64,000 nucleotides of DNA from Eledone cirrhosa (GCA_964016885.1 OZ024742.1:30876001-30940000); one strand, 5' to 3'. Shown: positions 12,911 through 26,630, numbered from the stretch's first letter. Numbers and translations: made by a program. Notes: a model not told the origin generated them from the letters alone.

Positions 12911-13177
12911 TATATATATACAGAGAGGTGGGGGTGGCTATAGATAATATGGTAGGAGGAATGAGGAGGGGGTCAATGTTCTTTGATATCCTCACTATTT
13001 GCAACATTAACTGGCTAGCCAACAATAGATTTCACAACCAACAGGAAGAAATATAGACTGAAAGTTATGAATACTAAGCCTTTCCCTGGTGAAAAATGTA
13101 CAACTCACCCACCTTGCTTTGTTGTTCATGCACATTTATATTACATAACCTTAGAACTTATATATATATATATATAT

Positions 13178-16100
13178 ATCATCATCATCGTTTAACGTCT
13201 ATCTTCCACGCTAGCATGTGTTTAAATGGGAATTGTCCCACTTGAGGCAAGTTTGGTCGGGTGACCATGTCTCGCTCGTATAGGACTGTCTGGCAGGTTT
13301 TCTACAGATGAATGCCCTTTCTAACACCAATCATGTTTACAGTGTGGACTGGGAGCTTTTTACTGTGTTACCTACATGGCCACATTACAGCATGGACTGT
13401 GTTTTTTGTTGTGACACCTACATGACCTCATTTATTTTGGACTGGATGTTGTGGTACCAACATAACTTTACAGAGCAAGGGTGGTGTTGGTGGGAGTGGA
13501 GGTGGAGTCGATGGGGTGTATATTTGGTTAAGAGGTGCCTACTGACTGTAGGTTTTGCTTTGTACATAGGCAACGCGGGTCTTCTGTAAGATAGTGCCAA
13601 AGATCTCGGTCCAGTGACATTGTCTTAGAGAGGTATAAGTGTGTAAGGTTGGAATTTATCAAATCGTTCCAGGTTTTTCTGGGTCTACCTACTCCGTAAC
13701 TTCCATCAATTTTGATCATCCTGCACATTTTTATACAACTGTCATCTTTCATGCGCATCACGTGACCATACCGACGTAGTCCTCTCTCGAGTAAACAGCA
13801 TCTGATCCCTCTTATTCCTAATTTCTCACTTAGTTCATTTATGCTTTGCCATTCGCGTATATTACTATTACACATCCAATAGAGCATGGATGCTTCATTC
13901 CTCTCCAGTCTGCGCAGATCCTCTGCACACAATGCCCATGTCTCACTGCCATGTAACATTGCTGTTCGTATACAAGGATCATATAATCTGCTTTTCATTT
14001 TTAGAGAGAAACCTTTTGTGGCTAATAGTGGTATAAGCTCTCTGAACTTTTTCCACCCCATTCTGACTCTGGCTACTGTACTTTCAGAGCACCTTCCACC
14101 ACTGCTGATTTTGTCACCCAGGTAATGGAAGGTGTCCATTATTTTTATAGAACCATCTGGGCAATAGAAGGAGTTAGTATCCTGTGGGCACTTGCGACTT
14201 ATTGCACCTGAGATCGGCCACATATAAAATCTACGTTCTTAGATAGCTTGCCTGTGATCCCACTACATTTGGGACATAAAATGGAATTTCTGCCTACTCC
14301 TTTCCTACACACTGAGCATGGCCATTTCCCAGAGGGTACCTGTGCCCTATTTTCCTTTCTACATACTAGAACTTTAATCTTAGATAAGTTAACTTTAAGG
14401 CCTTTTGATTCTAAGCCATGCTTCCATGTTTGGAATTTCTTCTCTAGTTCAGCCATCGATTCAGCTATGAGCGTTAGATCATTTGCGTATAGAAGTTCCC
14501 ATGGGCAGCCAGTCTTGAACTCCTCTGTTATAGCCTGAAGGGCAATAATAAATAGGAGGGGGCTAAGGACAGAGCCTTGATGAACACCAACTTTTACGCT
14601 AAATTCTTCACTATATTCGCTGTTAATTCTAACCTTGCTGACTGTTTCTTTATACATGGCTTGTATAGCTCTCACAAGCCATTTATCAACACTTAGTTTT
14701 CTAAGAGCCCACCAGATAATGGAGCGGGGGACTCTGTCAAAGGCTTTATCCAAGTCAACAAGTATAGGGGTTTACTTTTAGCTAGGTACTTCTCCTGTAG
14801 TTGTCGTACAAGGAAAAGAGCGTCTGTGGTACTTTTACCTGACACAAACCCAAACTGCATTTCATCTAGATCAATTCGCTCTCCGATTAGTTGCGCTATA
14901 ACTCTTTCTGTGACTTTCATGACCTGGTCAACTAATTTAATGCCTCTATAGTTTCCCCTATCTAGGGCATCTCCTTTACCCTTGTAGCAGTTAATGATGA
15001 TGCTGCTATGCCAGTTGTTTGATATGACCCCATTCTGTATGACTTGGTTTACTATCCGGGGGACCATAGTGTGTCCCACCATTCCAGATGCTTTCAGCAT
15101 TTCAGCAACTATCTCCAAAAGTCTGGCTGCGTTGCCTGTCTTCATATCTTTGATTGCCTTACTTATTATACTACCTTCAACTAGCACTGCTGGTCCCTCT
15201 ATTGGATCGATTTGGGGGTAGACTATCATTTTCCCATTTATTCTCCTCATTCAGTAGTTTCTCGTAGTGACACTTCCAAGCTACCTTCTTATCAGCATCA
15301 GTGATGGCAAGTACACCATTATCATTACGGACACACTTCTCCCCGACAATATCACGGTTTTCCTTTACACATTGTCTTGCAATCCTGAACAACTCACGTT
15401 TTTGGTCCTCGTGTTGTAGAACATGCCTGAACTTTCTTTCCTCTGCTTCCCTTCTTGCAAAGTACACTTGTCTCCTAGCTTCTCTCTTGGCCACTTGATA
15501 GTGTTCTCTACTTCCCCCATCCTGCCATACTTTCGAAGCCTGCTTTTTGGCCTTGATTGACTCCTCCACCTTACTGTTCCACCACCAAGTTACTCTCCTC
15601 CTGCCTATAGGTCTGCTCCAGCCGCAGATTTCATCTGTTGCCTTCAGCAGGTTTACTTTCAGGAATTCTCACTGTTCCTCTATTTTGTACGTCTCTAATT
15701 GCCCTTCCTTACTGTCAAAAGCATCAAGTAATATGCTTTTAAATTTGTTACTGGTTGTGGGGTCCTTTAACTTCCATATTCTTCTCCTCAGGATAGTCCT
15801 CTTCTGTTGTCGAGTACGTCTAGTCCTGACTATGAGGTCACTAACTATGAGGCTATGTTGGGAAGTGCATTCTTCACGGGGGAGGGATTTAGTGTTTACA
15901 ACAGGCACTCTTATCACATCTTCTGGTAAGGATATAATCTATCTGACTGGCGTGTTCCCCTGATCTGTAGGTGATCAAGTGATTGTCTTGTTTTTTGAAG
16001 TTTGTGTTACAGATAGTTAGGTTATTAGCGTCACAGAATTCCAGGATTCTGAAGCCTTCCTCATTTCTAGTACAAAACCCATAGCCACCATGGATTCCGT

Positions 16101-16738
16101 CATAGCCGTCACAATGTTGTCCAACATGACCATTTAGGTCACCAGCAATAATTATGTAGTCACTGTGGGTTATTTGGGAGGTAGTGAGCATTAGCGACTC
16201 ATAGAATCTGTCTTTTATAACGCCAAGCAGTCCAGATTGGGGTGCATAAGTGGATATTATTGTCACAGTAGTTCTGTTTAGTTCTAGTCTTATTTTAATT
16301 ATTCTGTCGTTCCCTCTATTTATGTCAATCACCTTATCTACCCATTTTTCTGCTAACATGATTCCTACTCCACCCAGCCCATTGTCATTTCCCACCCAGA
16401 AAAGTTTATAGCATCATTTTTTACCCACAATGAATCTAGCAGTCACCACCTAGTCTCTTGAACACAACAAACATCAACTTCCTTACGTTCAAGCATCTCT
16501 ACAACCTCATTTGAGCAACCTTTTAAGGTGCCTACATTCATGATACCAACTCTGAAGTTTTGGATTTTGTTGGGTGGGTGGAAGGGATGGGTTGGAAGCG
16601 CAGGGAGGGGTGAGGGAGATGGGTATGTTAGCCATCCGTGTCTGAAATAAAGAGGAGCCCTTGCATTCTCGTCCGGCAACGGGAGGTGAATTTATCTTTA
16701 TCTTTGACATTGAGTGTTCTGATTCTTCAGACTCTCCA

Positions 16739-16740
<2 letters not shown>
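13178..16740 (-). mobile_element. Near full-length RTE-clade LINE with a disrupted APE-RT ORF
   Basis: Consecutive frameshifted ORFs: APE (NFRVGIMNVGTL, CCVQETRW, GDLNGHVG, SQIDY) and RT (QFGF, DKAFD, QGSVLSP, LYAND). It has an (ATC)n tail and (TA)n on both flanks. Confidence 0.95.
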
Positions 16741-16808
<68 letters not shown>

Positions 16809-16815
<7 letters not shown>

Positions 16816-16924
16816 TAACAGATTAAAGTTTAAGCAAAGAATCGCTGCTTTCACCCTTAATGGGATCTTATTTATCCTTATCGAGCCCTCTTTGGATTTT
16901 AGTCTTCAAATTTATTATTATTAT

Positions 16925-16930
<6 letters not shown>
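16809..16930. repeat. ~120-bp (TA)n-embedded module (ttaaaataacagattaaagtttaagcaaagaatc...); other copies at 47563-47693 and 38267-38325
   Basis: Near-identical copies, each preceded by (TA)n. Confidence 0.85.
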
Positions 16931-16965
<35 letters not shown>

Positions 16966-16970
16966 TATAC

Positions 16971-17052
<82 letters not shown>

Positions 17053-17054
<2 letters not shown>

Positions 17055-18735
17055 CATCATCACCGTTTTACGTCCGTTCTTCCACGCTAGCATGGGTTAG
17101 ACGGGTTGTCCTGTTGTGGGCAGTGTCTGGTCGGCTGACCATGCCTTGCTCATACAGGAACTGATCTGGCTTGATTTCTACAGCTGGATGCCCTTCCTAA
17201 CACCAACCTCATTTACAGTGAGTGCTGGGTGCTTTTTCGTGGCGCCTACACGTCCACTTTACAGTGTGGGCTGGGTGCTTTTTTGCCGTGGCACCTCCAC
17301 GACCACCTTGCGGTGGGGGGGGGGGGGGGGGCATATTGTTTATATGCTTCAGCATGTACCCATGGGAGGTCGGGTACCCTGTATTACTGCGTGACGCCAG
17401 AAGTCACGGTCGTGTGTCATTGACTTTGAGAGGTGTAGTTGGGTAAGGTCGGCTTTTATCACCTCATCCCAAGTCATCTTGGGTCTCCCCACTCCGCGGT
17501 TTCCATCAACTTCTAGTGCTCTGCACCTTTTTATGCAGCTGTCATCCTTCATACGCATCACATGTCCATACCAGCGTAACCGCCTCTCCTGCACGCAGCA
17601 TTTGATTCCTCTTATGCTCAGTCTCTCTCTCAATTCCTTTATGCTTTGTCGTTCACGTATATTACTGTTACACATCCATCGGAGCATGCAGGCTTCGTTT
17701 CTCTCTAATCTACGTAAGTCTTCCACCTTCAGCGCCCAGGTCTCACTACCATGCAACATCGCTGTTTGGATACACGCATCATACAGTCTGCCTTTCATTC
17801 TGAGGGAGAAGCCTTTTGCAGCTAGCAGTGGTAGTAGTTCCCTAAACTTCTTCCATCCCGTTCTTACCCTAGTTATTGTACTTTCTGAGCACCCACCTCC
17901 GTTGCTAATTCGGTCACCTAGGTAGCAGAAGCTGTCTACTGTTTCTACAGGGCCCTCCCAGAGATTGGTGGTACTTGTTTCCTGTGGCTGTTTGCTTGCT
18001 GTTTCAGCACAGCTGCTGCATGTGAATCCTACATTCTTAATTAAGCTTCCTGAGATCCCGCTACGTCTCTTGTGTACCCATTGTTTGCATTTGGGGCAGA
18101 GAATGGAGTTCCTACCTACACCTTTCCTACATACTGAGCAAGGCCATTTCCCTGAGGGGATCTGGGTTCTGTTTTCTCGTCTACTTATAAGGACCTTAGT
18201 CTTTGTCATGTTGACTTTGAGGCCCTTTCTCTCTAGTCCCTGCTTCCAGGTTTGGAATTTATTCTCTAGTTCTACCATAGATTCAGCTATGAGTGCGAGG
18301 TCATCAGCATACAGGAGTTCCCATGGGCATCCGGTCTTAAACTCCTCCGTTATTGCCTGCAGGACTATGATGAACAGGAGAGGGCTAAGAACAGAGCCCT
18401 GGTGGACCCCAACCTGTACGCTAAATTCCTCGCTATACTCATTGCCAATCCTAACTTTGCTGACTGCTCCCCTATACATGGCTTGTACCGCTTTCACAAG
18501 CCATTCATCTACTCCTAGTTTTCTAAGAGCCCACCAGATTACTGCACGTGGAACTCTGTCAAAGGCTTTCTCAAGGTCGATAAATGCCAAGTAGAGTGGC
18601 TTACTTTTAGCTAGGTACTTTTCCTGTAATTGCCTCACAAGGAAGAGGGCATCAGTGGTGCCTTTCCCTGGTACAAACCCAAATTGCATCTCGTCTATAT
18701 TCACCCAGTCCCTAATCAGCTGTGCTATAACTCTT
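17053..18735 (-). mobile_element. 5'-truncated young RTE LINE with an intact RT frame
   Basis: Uninterrupted ORF with FIDLEKAFD, QGSVLSP and LYADD, followed by a 3'UTR and an (ATC)n tail. The 5' end is in (TA)n. Confidence 0.95.
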
Positions 18736-18739
18736 TCTC

Positions 18740-18811
<72 letters not shown>

Positions 18812-18819
18812 TATACATA

Positions 18820-19512
18820 TATCATCATCATCATCGTTTAACGTCCATGTTCCACGCTTGCATGGGTTTGGACGGGAGTTTTCCCACTTGAGGCAAGAGT
18901 GGTTGTCTTGCTCGCATAGGACTATCTGGCGGGTTTTCTACAGTTGGATGCCCTTCCTAACACCAACCACCTTTACAGTGTGGGGCTGGGAGGTTTTTAC
19001 CGTGTTGCCTACACGGCCACATTACAGCGTGGACTATCTGGCGGGTTTTCTACAGCTGGATGCCCTTCCTAACACCAACCGCATTTACAGTGTGGGACTG
19101 GGAGGTTTTTACCGTGTTGCCTGCCTACACGGTCACATTACAGCATGGACTGTGTGTTTTTTTTGTCGTGACACCTACACGATCTCATTTGTTTCGGCCT
19201 GGATTTTGTGGCACCAACATAACTTTACATTGAAAGGGGCGGTGTGGATGGGGTGGGGGTGGTGGGACGGAGTGTATTTTGTTAGAGATGCCTACTGACT
19301 GTAGTAGGTTTTACTTTGTATTTAGGTAAGGCGGGTCTTCTCTATTACTGAGTACCGCCAAAGGTCTCGGTCCAGTGACATTGTCTTGGAGAGGTGTAAG
19401 TGTGTGAGGTCAGAATTTATCAGCTCGTCCCAGGTTTTTCTGGGTCTGCCTACTCCGTGGCTACCGTCTATCTTTATTGCCCTGCACTTTGCTATACAGC
19501 TGTCGTCTTTCA
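18820..19512 (-). mobile_element. RTE 3' fragment
   Basis: MKDDSCIAKCR...GRPRKTWDE...DRDLWR plus a 3'UTR homologous to 13178-13590. Confidence 0.9.
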
Positions 19513-20278
19513 TATATATATATATATATATAACTCTTGCTATATATTTGATGATATATAGCCTGGTACATAAAAAAAACCCGTGAACATTTTTTGTGTT
19601 CATATATCATCATCATCATCATCATCATCATCATTTTACTGCTTGCAAGTGGAGTTAAAGATCCACAATCATCCCCCATGATTTAATGAGCTCAAAGAAC
19701 AGATTCCTATGATTGAACACATATCTCTGTGTACCCCCCCCCCCCTCTCTCTATATATATATCCCTTGCTAGCAGGGAAAACAGACGTTAAATGATGATA
19801 TATATATATAGCTGGGTACATAGAAAACAAAATTTTTGATGTGTTTGCACATATAGATATAATTGTGTGTACATGCATACAAATAAACATTATAAACAAT
19901 TTACACAGGAGTTTACACCAAACTGGAAAAACACACAACATCATAGATTTACATTTCTCTTAGATAAACAAGCTTATATAATATAAGTGTTCGGCATTGT
20001 TGTTGTTGTTGTAAATGTTCTGCTGAAACGAGGAATATATATTGTTATATAACATTCTTTTAAACTACATTTTAATAATTACGATGAACCATCATTTTAA
20101 CTGAAGTTCAAATGTCAACTGTTTTCAAGAAAGGTTAAAGGTTAAAGGTTAAAACACAACATTTAAAAAATTTTTCTGGATTCCCACTAACATTTAACTG
20201 ACCTGTTTTAAATATATATATATATAGAGAGAGAGAGATAGCGATATATATATAGGGTATATATACATATATACACAC

Positions 20279-20327
<49 letters not shown>

Positions 20328-20579
20328 GAGAGAGAGATAGCGATATATATATAGGTATATATACATATATACACACATGTATATATATATATAGAGAGAG
20401 AGAGAGATAGCGATATATATAGGTATATATACATACACATACACACATATATATATACACACACACAAATATATATATATATCAATACATTTTTTTAATG
20501 TTTCCTATCTTCAAAATTTTCTTCCAACTGTAGAAAAACAGTTTTCTTTTCTGTGGAGTAGGTTACATCACAACTTTTT

Positions 20580-20840
20580 ATCATCATTATCCTCACCATC
20601 AATACTATTATCACCACTGCCATCATTATCAATACTATTATCACCACTGCCATCATTATCAATACTATTATCACCACTGCCATCATTATCAACACTATTA
20701 TCACCACTGCCATCATTATCAACACTATTATCACCACTGCCATCATTATCAACACTATTATCACCACTGCCATCATTATCATTACCATCGCCATCATCAC
20801 CATCATTATCATTACCATCGCCATCATCACCATCATCACT
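20580..20840. repeat. 30-bp minisatellite (atcaayactattatcaccactgccatcatt)
   Basis: Six near-perfect units plus degenerate flanks. Confidence 0.9.
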
Positions 20841-20844
20841 ATTT

Positions 20845-21456
20845 ATTACATACTCACGTCATCTCCTCCATGAGACTCAGTGATTTGAGATCAGCTCTTG
20901 TCACCTCTTCCTCAGTCTTCCTCTACTGCAACTACCTTCCACTGGGATTTTCTGGCACATCTTTAATCAATGGACGTCATCCATGCACATCACATGTCCA
21001 TACCAGTGCAGTCATCTCTCTTGCACACTACATCTGATTCCTGTTATACCCAGTTTCTCTTTCAGCACATCCATTCTTCACCATACATTGCACAATAGCA
21101 CCATCACTACCACTTTACAGAGTGTACTGGGTGTATTTTATTATAGCACCAGCAACACCACTTTACAGAATGTATTGGGTGTATTTTATTATAGCACCAG
21201 CAACACCACTTTACAGGGAGTACTGGGTGTATTTTATCATAGCACCAACAACACCACTTTACAGAATGTACTGGGTGTATTTTATTATAGCACCAACAAC
21301 ACCCCTTTACAGAGTGTATTGGGTGTATTTTATCATAGCACCAACAACACCACTTTACAGAGTGTACTGGGTGTATTTTATCATAGCACCAACAACACCA
21401 CTTTACAGAGTGTACTGGGTGTATTTTATTATAGCACCAGTAACACCACTTTACAG
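20845..21456 (-). repeat. Old RTE fragment followed by a 42-bp tandem array
   Basis: cacatcacatgtccataccag is antisense WYGHVM. About eight units of caccactttacagagtgtactgggtgtattttatyatagcaccaacaa follow. Confidence 0.8.
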
Positions 21457-22181
21457 AGGACTGAAGGTGGTGGCGGTAGTGGTTGTTGCTTATGTATCCA
21501 GGACCCTAAAAACTATAAACCAATCAACTGTTTCTAATTTCCTTGGTTCTCTAACATGAATGCATGTGCAGTGTTACTGTGCACTGTTGATGAGCATGTA
21601 TGGTGAAGAATGGATGTGCAATGTTAATGTGCAAAGTATGCTGGGTGTATTTCATCATAGCACCAGTACTACCTCATTGGTAACAGGAACAATAACATTG
21701 CTATGTCTACACCATTATTACATTAGTTGATGGTTGGTGTGCTTTTACCTACGTTTTGCATCTAATTCTACAAACCAAGGATGGAGCCCCTATGTGGTTG
21801 ATCAACCTGCTAGATATAGCAGCCAAATCTCCTTCATATCACATCAAACCAACAGAAGGGACCAGGTTCAATGCAAGGTTAAACAGCAACAAATAAATTA
21901 ACATGTCCCTACAGGGTTGATCAACCTGTTAGAAATAGCAACCAAATCTCCTTCACATCACATCAAACCAACACAAGGGACCAAGTTCAATGCGGGTTAA
22001 ACAGCAACAAATCAATTAACATGCCAGTATGTTGAGGATTTAGTTGAGTAGAATAATATGTTTGTTGGTACAATAACTTTTTTTTACACTTGCATGGGTA
22101 CCCCTTCTTATCACAAATCCCTCAACTGTGAAATAGGGAACGAGACATGTTTTTTGTTCAGTTGGGTAAAATAGAGTAAGT

Positions 22182-22228
<47 letters not shown>

Positions 22229-22424
22229 TGTGTAAAATCCCAACTGCTGTACCAAGAGGTCTGCAGCTTGGTTTTAGTACTGACTTGGTCTGTAAACACC
22301 CACCAAGCCCTGGCTAGCAGGGAAGATGGATGTTAAACGATATTGATGATGGTGGTGGTGGTGATAACCCATCCAACCCTTGCTAGTTGGGAAGATGGAC
22401 ATTAATGATGATTGATGATGTTAA

Positions 22425-22467
<43 letters not shown>

Positions 22468-22504
22468 CGACATTGAAGAAAAAAAAAAACTATGTCAGAC
22501 TTAC

Positions 22505-22889
22505 ATGTTTTTTAATTCGTGACTTCAAGCGTGGAACTGTAATCACAGTTGTGTGTTCAGCGAAGCGTACACTGTCTGTTGAGTCCACTGTGGCATACTG
22601 TGACCCAATTCTTGTATTGGCATTGTAGTTACAATTAGCCAGTAATTCACTTTCTTCTCCTCCTCCTCCCCCACCTCCCCCCACCACATCTTCATCTTCT
22701 CCAGCTATGCTAAATTTCACGTATGTATCTGTTGTAGCGTTTTGCTCATCTTCTGCTCCTGATGTTTCTGACGGAAGAAGCAATGGTACTTCACTGGCAG
22801 CATCTTCAAACACCTTATCATCTTGTAGAAGAGCAGAGTCTTCTCGGTTGTATTCTGTGGAGTCGAGCAAGCAGACATCTTCTACAGTA
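22505..22889 (-). CDS. Coding exon 2 of the MYORG-like gene (acidic cytosolic N-terminus)
   Basis: Open frame bounded by acceptor ctcatttgcAG (22892-22890) and donor GTAAGT (22504). It ends in phase 0 (KKH), matching the phase-0 start of the 9903 exon. Confidence 0.8.
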
Positions 22890-22962
22890 CTGCAAATGAG
22901 GAAAAATAGCAACACATTAGTTAGAAATAAGAAAACATTCATTCTAGTTTTTTTTTTTTTCT

Positions 22963-23165
22963 GATTAAATATTTAACCTCTCTGTTACCAAAACTGGTCA
23001 AAACAGGCTCTGGTTCAATGAAACAAAACCATTCATTTTAACGTTATTTTCTGATTAAATATTTAACCTTTCTATATCTAAACCTGACCAAAACAGGCTT
23101 TGGTTCTATGAAACAAAAAACCATTCATTTTAAAGTTATTTTCTGATTAATTATTTAACCCTTTT
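22963..23165. repeat. ~88-bp tandem duplication
   Basis: ctgattaaatatttaacc...aaaacaggct...ccattcattttaa is repeated about 2.3 times. Confidence 0.7.
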
Positions 23166-26100
23166 GTTAACAATGTACAATATAATTTGAATTGAGGTTT
23201 TCTAGGTCCAGTAGTTAAGTTACAGCTCCATATTACACACAACATTAGAAGGTTATTAATTTAATAATTATTACAGTTCTGCTTTTTAATTAAACAAAGA
23301 ATACAGAATTTCAACTGTATGGTGTCTTTTTGAAATTATTTAAAGTCTGGTGAGAACCAGACGGGATTAAATGAGCAGCAATGGTTAGTTCCATTCGTTA
23401 CAGCTCTGATTCAATCAGTCCTGTCTTGTCTTCTATAATATAATGTAACAATTAATGACTATTTAATTAAAATTACTCCCTACAGACTACCAAATGAACT
23501 GATGTATGACATCATAATTAATTACGGCAGTTTCTCGCCTTAAACTACATACACATATACATAAACACAGGCATATATACATACACATACAAAGATACAT
23601 ATATACAAACATACACATATATACACACACATATATATACATACACATATGTATGCATATGTGTGTATGTATCTATCTGTCTATCTATCTCCCTCCCCAC
23701 TTACTCATTTTTCAGATTTTACCCCCCCCCCCCCCCCCTTATTAAATTTTGCTAATAAATCTCCGGCGAAATTTTATTGTAAGTGATTCATATCGATACA
23801 GCTGTTGGAGAATCTAATAATTATTTTATTTTACATAAAAAAAAGCATTATATATGACCAAAAAGATCATTACAAGAAATCCCATATTTACAAACGTTCA
23901 CTATACAATTACTGATCCCCCCCACCATTATAAGAATTTAAGCAAACGTCCAACTTTCTCGCTTACCGCCCCCCCCCCTATTATTTGTGACCCGAGAGTA
24001 TATATATCTGTGTGTAGGTAGGTAGGTAAATAGCATGTATGTTTGCAGTTTTAGTATGTAAACATTAAAACTAGTGAAAACACTAGGTTAGTTAGTGAAT
24101 AAAATCTGTAAAGTTGTTAGGTGTGATGTCAGTGGTCAGTGCTGATGACAATGTTGTGTGAGCTATAGTATAATAAACAGGTAGTTGGCCGCCAAAATAA
24201 GAGACACCTGGCCACATGTAATTCTCATTAACTTGAACACGTCATTGCATATATAGACGTTACTACATGCAGTGATTTATCTTGTCTAATAATGGTTTAT
24301 GATTTAGGCACAAGGCCAGCAATGAAGGAAAAGTTGATTAAATCGACCTCATTGCGTAACTGGTACTTTATTTTGTTGACCTCATAAGAAGGGTTGGATT
24401 TTACAACTGGAGGTTTTGGGGGCCCCTTCATACACAAAAAACTAGAATACTAGCTTGGCGCAAGTAATTGGAATTGAAAAGTTATACATACAGGTATTAA
24501 ATTCTAAAATTCTAACAATACTAAAACTAAAAATCCCAGCTGAAGGCACAAATAAATTGTTACGGCTGTCACTGGTGCCCCTCTCCCCTCCATTAAATCC
24601 GACCCTGCTCGTGAGGATGAAAGGCAAAGCTAACCCTAAACAAACTATACTAATTGAGACATGATGTAATTGTGTATTTATTTATTATTTCACTGTTATT
24701 CTTTACTCCAATGATTCCATTGTCGCTAAATAACCCCCACCACAATTCCTTCACATGTCTTGTACAATTTCATTAAGTTTTAAATATAAAACAAAGTGTT
24801 CCATTGGCCCTTATGATGTGCGGTCGATTATCGCACTTGGTGGGGAAGTGATGGTCGTTTTGTTAAATCTTATATATTTGTTAAGTATTGTATATATTGT
24901 TTGTGTTTATTTTCATTCTGTAAGAATTATAAATAATTTGTAATGTTATTTATACAATTGTGAATAAACCAAATAACGTTACAAATTGCTCACAATTCTT
25001 TGAGAATGAAAATATAAACATATATAACAAATACAATTAACTATTGCTAGGAACCTCACAAATACAACGTACCATAATTATTAGAAGGAAACCCCAGATC
25101 CCCTTGCTATGGTGTGTAATGGGTCTCCGTGTCACCCCCCCCCCCCTCAATATATATATATATATATGAAGGTCGGCTGAAAAGTTCATAGACGGAATAC
25201 GAAGGAGTGCTAGAGCTGTAAAATCTTGCATGCATTAATTTCAATATAGTCATCTTTCCAGAGACTATGTTGAAAAATAAATGTCATTTGATCATACGAA
25301 GGAGTACTAGAGCTATGAAATCTTGCATACATTAATTTCAACATAGTCATGTTTCCAGAGACTATGTTGAAAAATAAATTTCATTTGATCATTTCATGAG
25401 GGTATCTTGGTCAGCCTATGAACTTCTCAGCCGACTCTCGTATGTAGTAGTGGTGTAGATGCAGTAAGTTAACCATATATAATTGTTTAAACAATGTTTT
25501 AACCTCTTTCATACAGGTACAGTCACGATTAATTAAAGTTACTGTTGTGCTCGTCGCCACATTAAACCAAACTAACCTTGATATCCATCAACACCGACAA
25601 AACAAAAGTAAAAAAAAAAAATTTGAACCCCCCCCCCCTCACTCCCGATCTAAGAGGGGGTTTATTTCTGTAAACCCCCTCTTAAAAAAATTATATATTT
25701 TGATAACCTAATATATATTCGTTTGTCTTTGTACATCTTCAACTCGTTATTTTCTCCCCCTCTCTATCTATCTACCCATCTTTCTCTCTCTCTCTCTCTC
25801 TCTATGTATATATATATATATACATTATTCATATACATACACACCAACTACTTGTTGAGTGATAATAACTTAGTTGCTTTGATGAATTAAGATTGTTCTG
25901 TACTGGCAAAGTGATAACCTCCTTGCCCCCAGATCTATCTGTGGTCTGAAGTCGACATAGTAACCAGAATTATAAGCCTAAACTTAAATGGTTTTATGCA
26001 ACCAACCTTGTACATCTCCTGAGTCGGTTGAAAAAAACCCCACATCAGACTTCACACGTTTCTAATATACCATAGCAGGGGTCTCAAACTACATTTTTAT

Positions 26101-26234
26101 GGCCCTGTGGCAGAACAATTTTACGTTACTAATTAAGGAAAATTTGTCACACTACCAGGAATGAACTTTCACCTATTGAGACCCTAAGCTATATGAAATT
26201 TGAGACCCTAATTTTTGATGATTTAGTGTTCTTC

Positions 26235-26630
26235 TATACCCACTTATTCGTGAGAGGGTCGTGGGGTCAGACTCCTCAAACACTCCTTCCAGTGGGTCCT
26301 GTCAGAAGCATCCATCTCCAACTGATCAGGCTTGATCCCTAAGCATGACCAGCTGAACTCATGGATGTTATCCAACCATCTTGCTCACAGTTTACCCCTG
26401 GGTTTTCTACCAGTTGGTTTTGTCCATAAGATCTGTCCAGCAGTTCTTTCCTGAGACATTCTAATCACATGTCTTCCATAGTATCAGAGCTGTGATCTCT
26501 CAATTTGGAGAAGTAGTGTCTCTACCTGGAGTGACTCTGATCTCTGAGCTATGCACTCTATCGAGTAATGTTACTCCAAAGACCCTATTAGTTGTATTGC
26601 AGGTTAGCATTATAACTGGTAGAAATCACA
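26235..26630 (-). mobile_element. Old RTE 3' fragment
   Basis: Antisense GRKPRGK...RWLDNIHE-type C-terminus, related to 11030-11340. Confidence 0.55.

Noticed and set aside
16600-16740. HDV-like ribozyme at the RTE 5' end
   Set aside because: Fragments (cacctcccgt, ggctaac) are suggestive, but I could not assemble P1/P2/P3 pairings by eye. It needs a descriptor search.
17479-18594. Long plus-strand ORFs antisense to RT (also inside the CR1 copies)
   Set aside because: These are shadow frames of LINE coding sequence with no independent motifs.
21105-21456. 42-bp array with 145-184-aa periodic ORFs
   Set aside because: It is a TE-derived minisatellite with no spacers and no splice support.
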